Part shown: positions 43,841 through 44,753 of the stretch, one piece after another
Layout of the letters: each line of letters begins with the position of its first letter
Numbering within the stretch: the stretch's first letter is position 1
Assembly (NCBI GenBank): GCA_038212275.1
Contig: JBBQUR010000029.1
Coordinates: 1 to 44,753, forward strand
Length of the DNA stretch: 44,753 nucleotides
DNA from: Planctomycetota bacterium
GTDB lineage: Bacteria; Planctomycetota; B15-G4
Direction: 5' to 3'
Position numbers and translations under genes: made by a program
The notes under the pieces: model-generated
The model's database searches: none
Seen by the model: the letters and a program-made list of their open reading frames with translations, nothing else
Told to the model about the DNA's origin: nothing

Positions 43841-44753
43841 ATGACCCGCCCCTACGTTCCCGTGCGCGCGCCGCACGGCACCGCGATGACGTGCCGCAGC
43901 TGGCTGACCGAGGCTGCGCTGCGGATGCTCATGAACAACCTCGACCCGGAGGTCGCCGAAGACCCGGAACACCTCGTGGTCTACGGCGGCAGCGGGCGCG
44001 CGGCGCGCAGCTGGGAGGACTTCGATCGCATCGTGGCGGCGCTGCGCGCGCTGGGCGACGACGAGACGCTGCTCATGCAGTCTGGTCGCGCGGTCGGCGT
44101 GTTCCGCACGCATCGCGATGCGCCGCGCGTGCTCATCGCGAACAGCAACCTCGTGCCTCACTGGGCGACCTGGGAGCACTTCAACGAGCTGGAGCGGCTC
44201 GGCCTGATGATGTTCGGGCAGATGACCGCGGGCAGCTGGATCTACATCGGCAGCCAGGGCATCGTGCAAGGCACCTACGAAACCTTCGTCGAGATGGGCC
44301 GGCAGCATTACGACGGCAGCTTGTCCGGCCGCTGGATACTCACCGCGGGCCTGGGCGGCATGGGCGGTGCGCAGCCGCTGGCGGCCTCGCTGGCCGGCGC
44401 CTGTTCGCTCAACATCGAATGCCAGCAGAGCCGCATCGACATGCGCCTGCGCACGCGCTACGTGGACGAACAGGCCGCCGACCTCGACGACGCCCTGGCG
44501 CGGATCGCCAAGTACTGCGCGGCCGGCGAAGCCAAGTCCATCGCGCTGCTGGGCAACGCGGCGGAAATCCTGCCCGAACTGGTGCGCCGCGGCGTGCGCC
44601 CCGACGCCGTCACCGACCAGACCAGTGCCCACGACCCGCTGCACGGCTACCTGCCGGCCGGCTGGACGCTGGAGGAGTGGTTCAGCGCGCAGAAGAACGA
44701 CCCGCAGAAAGTGGTGGAGGCGGCCAAGCATTCGATGCGCACGCACGTCGAAG
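43841..44753 (+). CDS. hutU: Urocanate hydratase (truncated by window end)
   Basis: Manual translation: [13 protein letters not shown]...[53 protein letters not shown]. Not in the ORF track because there is no stop in the window. Confidence 0.96.
   Translation, partial: MTRPYVPVRAPHGTAMTCRSWLTEAALRMLMNNLDPEVAEDPEHLVVYGGSGRAARSWEDFDRIVAALRALGDDETLLMQSGRAVGVFRTHRDAPRVLIANSNLVPHWATWEHFNELERLGLMMFGQMTAGSWIYIGSQGIVQGTYETFVEMGRQHYDGSLSGRWILTAGLGGMGGAQPLAASLAGACSLNIECQQSRIDMRLRTRYVDEQAADLDDALARIAKYCAAGEAKSIALLGNAAEILPELVRRGVRPDAVTDQTSAHDPLHGYLPAGWTLEEWFSAQKNDPQKVVEAAKHSMRTHVE

Overview
A roughly 70% GC bacterial chromosomal window, probably Planctomycetota (inferred from the protein families and C-terminal domains). 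It holds about 38 CDS; I recognised no rRNA, tRNA, CRISPR array or intact transposase. Housekeeping and metabolic genes include an HcrB/CoxM-like FAD subunit, abgT, a transketolase-like gene, trxB, xseA/xseB, hutH and a partial hutU. The accessory content has seven notable parts. (1) A Dlt/AlgI-like envelope acylation module: fatty acyl-AMP ligase, ACP, MBOAT, SGNH protein and a 57-aa membrane peptide ending FLYAVF that the ORF track missed (DltX-like tyrosine shuttle). (2) An sxtJ/sxtI/sxtK-like carbamoyltransferase cluster whose SxtK-like proteins end in the same kind of motif (FIYTLF). (3) A 4.4-kb segment between two identical 130-bp direct repeats, carrying diverged duplicates of the sxtK-like and cvpA-like genes plus a lower-GC cassette (12-Cys peptide, Cna-like protein, MauE) behind a promoter with a poly-G spacer. 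(4) A Bd0055-type bacterial histone gene coupled to a DHH-like gene. (5) An uncharacterised HTH-like regulator with two palindromic operator candidates, divergent from a secreted beta-propeller gene. (6) Two inverted copies of a 109-bp self-palindromic element. (7) A small DUF3883/AAA-DUF4143 islet. All family assignments come from motif recognition by eye, not database searches.
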